Assembly (NCBI GenBank): GCA_041303295.1
Contig: JBFYPM010000083.1
Coordinates: 1 to 59,586 of the forward strand
Length of the DNA stretch: 59,586 nt
Origin: Bacteroidales bacterium
Lineage (GTDB): Bacteria; Bacteroidota; Bacteroidia; Bacteroidales; VadinHA17
Direction: 5' to 3'
Shown: one piece after another, positions 57,308-59,586 of the stretch
Layout: every line of letters begins with the position of its first letter
How positions within the stretch are numbered: position 1 is the first letter of the stretch
Position numbers and translations under genes: made by a program
Notes under the pieces: generated by a model
Seen by the model: the letters and a program-made list of their open reading frames with translations, nothing else
Told to the model about the DNA's origin: nothing
Database searches by the model: none

Positions 57308-57742
57308 ATGAAGATCATAGTCACTGACAAAAGCCGGTTGCGTGATGCTGCCAGGCACTTCCTGAGGGAGACGGCCGGCCAGCGTGTTTTTGCCTTCTAC
57401 GGGCAGATGGGATCGGGAAAGACAACCTTCATCAGGGCCATCTGCAGCGAACTGGGAGTAACAGACACTGTCACCAGCCCTACATTCACCCTCATCAATG
57501 AGTACAAACGCCCGAACAACCTTCCAGTGTTTCACTTTGATTTTTACAGGATCACAAAGATCACCGAGGTGCTCGATTTTGGCATCGAGGAGTACTTTGA
57601 CTCCTCCTCCCCCTGTTTCATGGAATGGCCGGAACTCATTGAGCCTCTCCTGCCACCCGCAACACTCCGTTTATCAATCACCGTTCTGGATGACGGCAGC
57701 AGGGTCATTGAGACCCTGGAACAACCCCCGGTCAGCTTATGA
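57308..57742 (+). CDS. tsaE: tRNA t6A37 biosynthesis ATPase TsaE
   Basis: 144 aa. Motifs seen are FYGQMGSGKTTF, SPTFTLINEY, HFDFYR and EWPE. Confidence 0.85.
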   Translation: MKIIVTDKSRLRDAARHFLRETAGQRVFAFYGQMGSGKTTFIRAICSELGVTDTVTSPTFTLINEYKRPNNLPVFHFDFYRITKITEVLDFGIEEYFDSSSPCFMEWPELIEPLLPPATLRLSITVLDDGSRVIETLEQPPVSL

Positions 57743-57889
57743 CAACATAAGCGACACCGGGACGGTGAAACAGCCCCCGGTCAGCTGATCCCCCTCAATT
57801 AACTCCTCTCTTCTGTTTTCTATGCGATTAAAATCTTAAATTTGATCTGCTGATATTTATCTTCCGTTTAACCTCTAAAACGAAGCCAG

Positions 57890-59086
57890 ATGAGTGAACC
57901 GTCAAGAAGCGCATACATGCCACGGGAAGAGCTTATTGAGAAAGCTGTCAACAGGCGGCAGATGTCTGTCGGCATGCCGCATGACGTTCATGATGATGAG
58001 AAACGGATTGCCCTCACGCCGGAGGCAGTGAAGATTCTTTCTGATGCCGGCCACGAGGTCTTTATGGAGACCGGTGCCGGGCAGGATGCTGGCTTTTCCG
58101 ACAGGGAATACAGTGACAACGGGGCTGTGGTGGTTGACACATCCCAGCATATTTACGGGTGTGACATAGTCATCAAGATCGCCCCGTTCACCCAGAAGGA
58201 GGCCTCGATGCTCAGGGGCAACCAGATAGTAATCTCATTCATGAATGCAGCCACCATGGGCGAGGAGACAGTGTCACAGATGATGCGCAAGCGTGTGACG
58301 GCGATGGCCAGCGAACGGATCAAAGACAGTGACGGCATGCTTCCAGTTGTGGAATCGATGAGCGAGATCAGCGGCATCACATCCGTTCTCCTGGCATCAG
58401 AATACCTCAGCACCACCTCGGGAGGGAAGGGGGTGATGCTCGGCGGGGTCACAGGAGTGACACCGACGGAGGTGATAATAATCGGGGCCAACACTGCGGG
58501 TGAGTATGCCGCCCGTGCAGCCCTGGGCCTGGGCGCGATAGTAAGGGTGTTCGACACCTCCGTCCACCGTCTCCGTAACTTCCAGAACCTGCTCGGACAG
58601 AGACTCTATACCTCTACCTTCCATCCACAGGTGCTGCAGAAAGCCCTGAAATCGGCTGATGTGCTCATCGGCGCCCTTTCAAATGATATTCTCATGCCCT
58701 GGTTCTATGTCACCGAGGAGATGGTGCAGGGAATGAAAAGAGGATCCGTTATCGTTGACCTGAGCGTTGACACCGGAGGTTGCGTGGAGACAGCTGAACC
58801 GAGGGCGATAAAAGACCCTATATATGAGAAACACGGGGTGATACACTATTCGGCCTGGAACCTCCCCTCGCGTGTTCCCAAAACGGCTTCAATAGCCCTG
58901 AGCAACGTCTTCAGACCGCTGATGCAGGATATAGCCGAAGCCGGCGGTATAACACCAATGCTCAAGTTCAACAACGGCCTGCGAGACGGTGTGTATATCT
59001 ACAACGGCATCCTTACAAACGAGGTGCTGGGCCAGAAGTTCGGCATACTCTCAAAGGATATCAACCTGCTGCTTGCAGCCTTCTGA
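57890..59086 (+). CDS. ald: alanine dehydrogenase family (AlaDH/PNT) protein
   Basis: 398 aa. Motifs seen are KRIALTPEAVKILSDAGHEVFMETGAG and the Rossmann motif VIIIGANTAGEYAA. Confidence 0.65.
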   Translation: MSEPSRSAYMPREELIEKAVNRRQMSVGMPHDVHDDEKRIALTPEAVKILSDAGHEVFMETGAGQDAGFSDREYSDNGAVVVDTSQHIYGCDIVIKIAPFTQKEASMLRGNQIVISFMNAATMGEETVSQMMRKRVTAMASERIKDSDGMLPVVESMSEISGITSVLLASEYLSTTSGGKGVMLGGVTGVTPTEVIIIGANTAGEYAARAALGLGAIVRVFDTSVHRLRNFQNLLGQRLYTSTFHPQVLQKALKSADVLIGALSNDILMPWFYVTEEMVQGMKRGSVIVDLSVDTGGCVETAEPRAIKDPIYEKHGVIHYSAWNLPSRVPKTASIALSNVFRPLMQDIAEAGGITPMLKFNNGLRDGVYIYNGILTNEVLGQKFGILSKDINLLLAAF

Positions 59087-59167
59087 GGCAGGCGGGGAAA
59101 CCAAGTTTCGACTGACCGGTTTCGGTAACAGGCGGGTAACGAGTACCATGCTACTTCCCCGGGCTGG

Positions 59168-59586
59168 CTAAAGCCAGGTAAGCGACGCTTCCATGCCGCC
59201 CTGTTTCAGCAGAGCATTACGCCCCATATAGATGGCCCTGTTATCACTGATATGACCGGCCGGGAAATTGAAGAGTACAGGGTACCCGTACCCCCCTGCA
59301 ACATTCATCACAACCTCCTCAACTGTCTGGTTGAAGACATGCTCCCCCTCGGTTATCTTCTCCATCCCTCCCACAATCAGGGCAGCGAGGTTATTCATCA
59401 TACCGGTCATCCGCATTGCGGTCAGCATACGGTCAAGATGGTAAAACTTTTCACCTATCTCCTCGATAAAGAGCACAGCACCTTCCGTGTCAGGCTGTGC
59501 AGGCGTGCCATTAAGGCTGTAGATGAGAGAGATGTTGCCTCCGATAACAGGGCCCGTTATTGTGAATGAGGCCTCACCTCCTGCTT
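59168..59586 (-). CDS. ldcA: LD-carboxypeptidase (S66 peptidase), C-terminal part (continues beyond the window edge)
   Basis: The minus frame is open to the window edge: ...VIGGNISLIYSLNGTPAQPDTEGAVLFIEEIGEKFYHLDRML...FPAGHISDN. This is the typical LdcA C-terminal domain. The track start at 59476 is only an internal GTG. Confidence 0.7.
   Translation of the reverse strand, partial: AGGEASFTITGPVIGGNISLIYSLNGTPAQPDTEGAVLFIEEIGEKFYHLDRMLTAMRMTGMMNNLAALIVGGMEKITEGEHVFNQTVEEVVMNVAGGYGYPVLFNFPAGHISDNRAIYMGRNALLKQGGMEASLTWL

Overview
The window reads as a Bacteroidota chromosomal segment. Supporting signs are TAnnTTTG-type promoter motifs, gldH plus PorW/SprE-like and PorX-like genes, a CarboxypepD_reg-type TonB receptor, and weak or absent Shine-Dalgarno sites. 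GC is roughly 50% by eye. Most of it is core metabolism.

Layout:
- 1-9 kb: partial gltX, then tdh and kbl (threonine cleavage). These two are separated by a four-helix-bundle pseudogene and a cassette of ACS-family adenylating enzyme, small carrier protein and a second Kbl-type alpha-oxoamine synthase. Two paralogous lipoproteins and a degraded kbl 3-prime relic follow.
- 9-29.4 kb: one co-oriented amino-acid supercluster, ilvD-ilvB-ilvN-ilvC-leuA-leuC-leuD-(cimA-like)-leuB, then hisGDCBHAF-IE, then an orphan trpB2. Each block is preceded by a short leader peptide rich in the cognate amino acid(s) and a hairpin/T-run attenuator. The peptides are MNYLSLNIIALILIIATSA, MFTTNLHHHHSHTCSQAR and MKEFKLYNWRWCSS.
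- 29.5-37.9 kb: class II ribonucleotide reductase and a large TonB-dependent receptor on the minus strand, then a histidine kinase / LuxR-type response regulator / YraN unit.
- 38-44 kb: a small surface-glycan locus with a C1 peptidase, an O-antigen-ligase-like protein, a glycosyltransferase and two tandem Stealth-family phosphotransferases.
- 44-59.6 kb: housekeeping and T9SS/gliding genes: LuxE-like enzyme, lipoprotein, pgk, TerB-like, tpx, holB, PSP1/RicT, gldH, trmB, ATL-like, mrp/apbC, porW/sprE-like, porX-like, tsaE, ald and partial ldcA.

I saw no tRNA or rRNA gene, CRISPR array, transposase, integrase or recognisable defence system.

The least-explained parts are:
- the adenylating enzyme + carrier protein + second Kbl cassette set inside tdh/kbl;
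- the paralogous lipoprotein pair lying next to a kbl relic;
- a Trp leader in front of an orphan trpB2;
- a family of GAC/GTC-word low-complexity intergenic spacers, one of which brackets the four-helix-bundle pseudogene as an inverted repeat.

All product calls come from motif recognition by eye. No database search was run.
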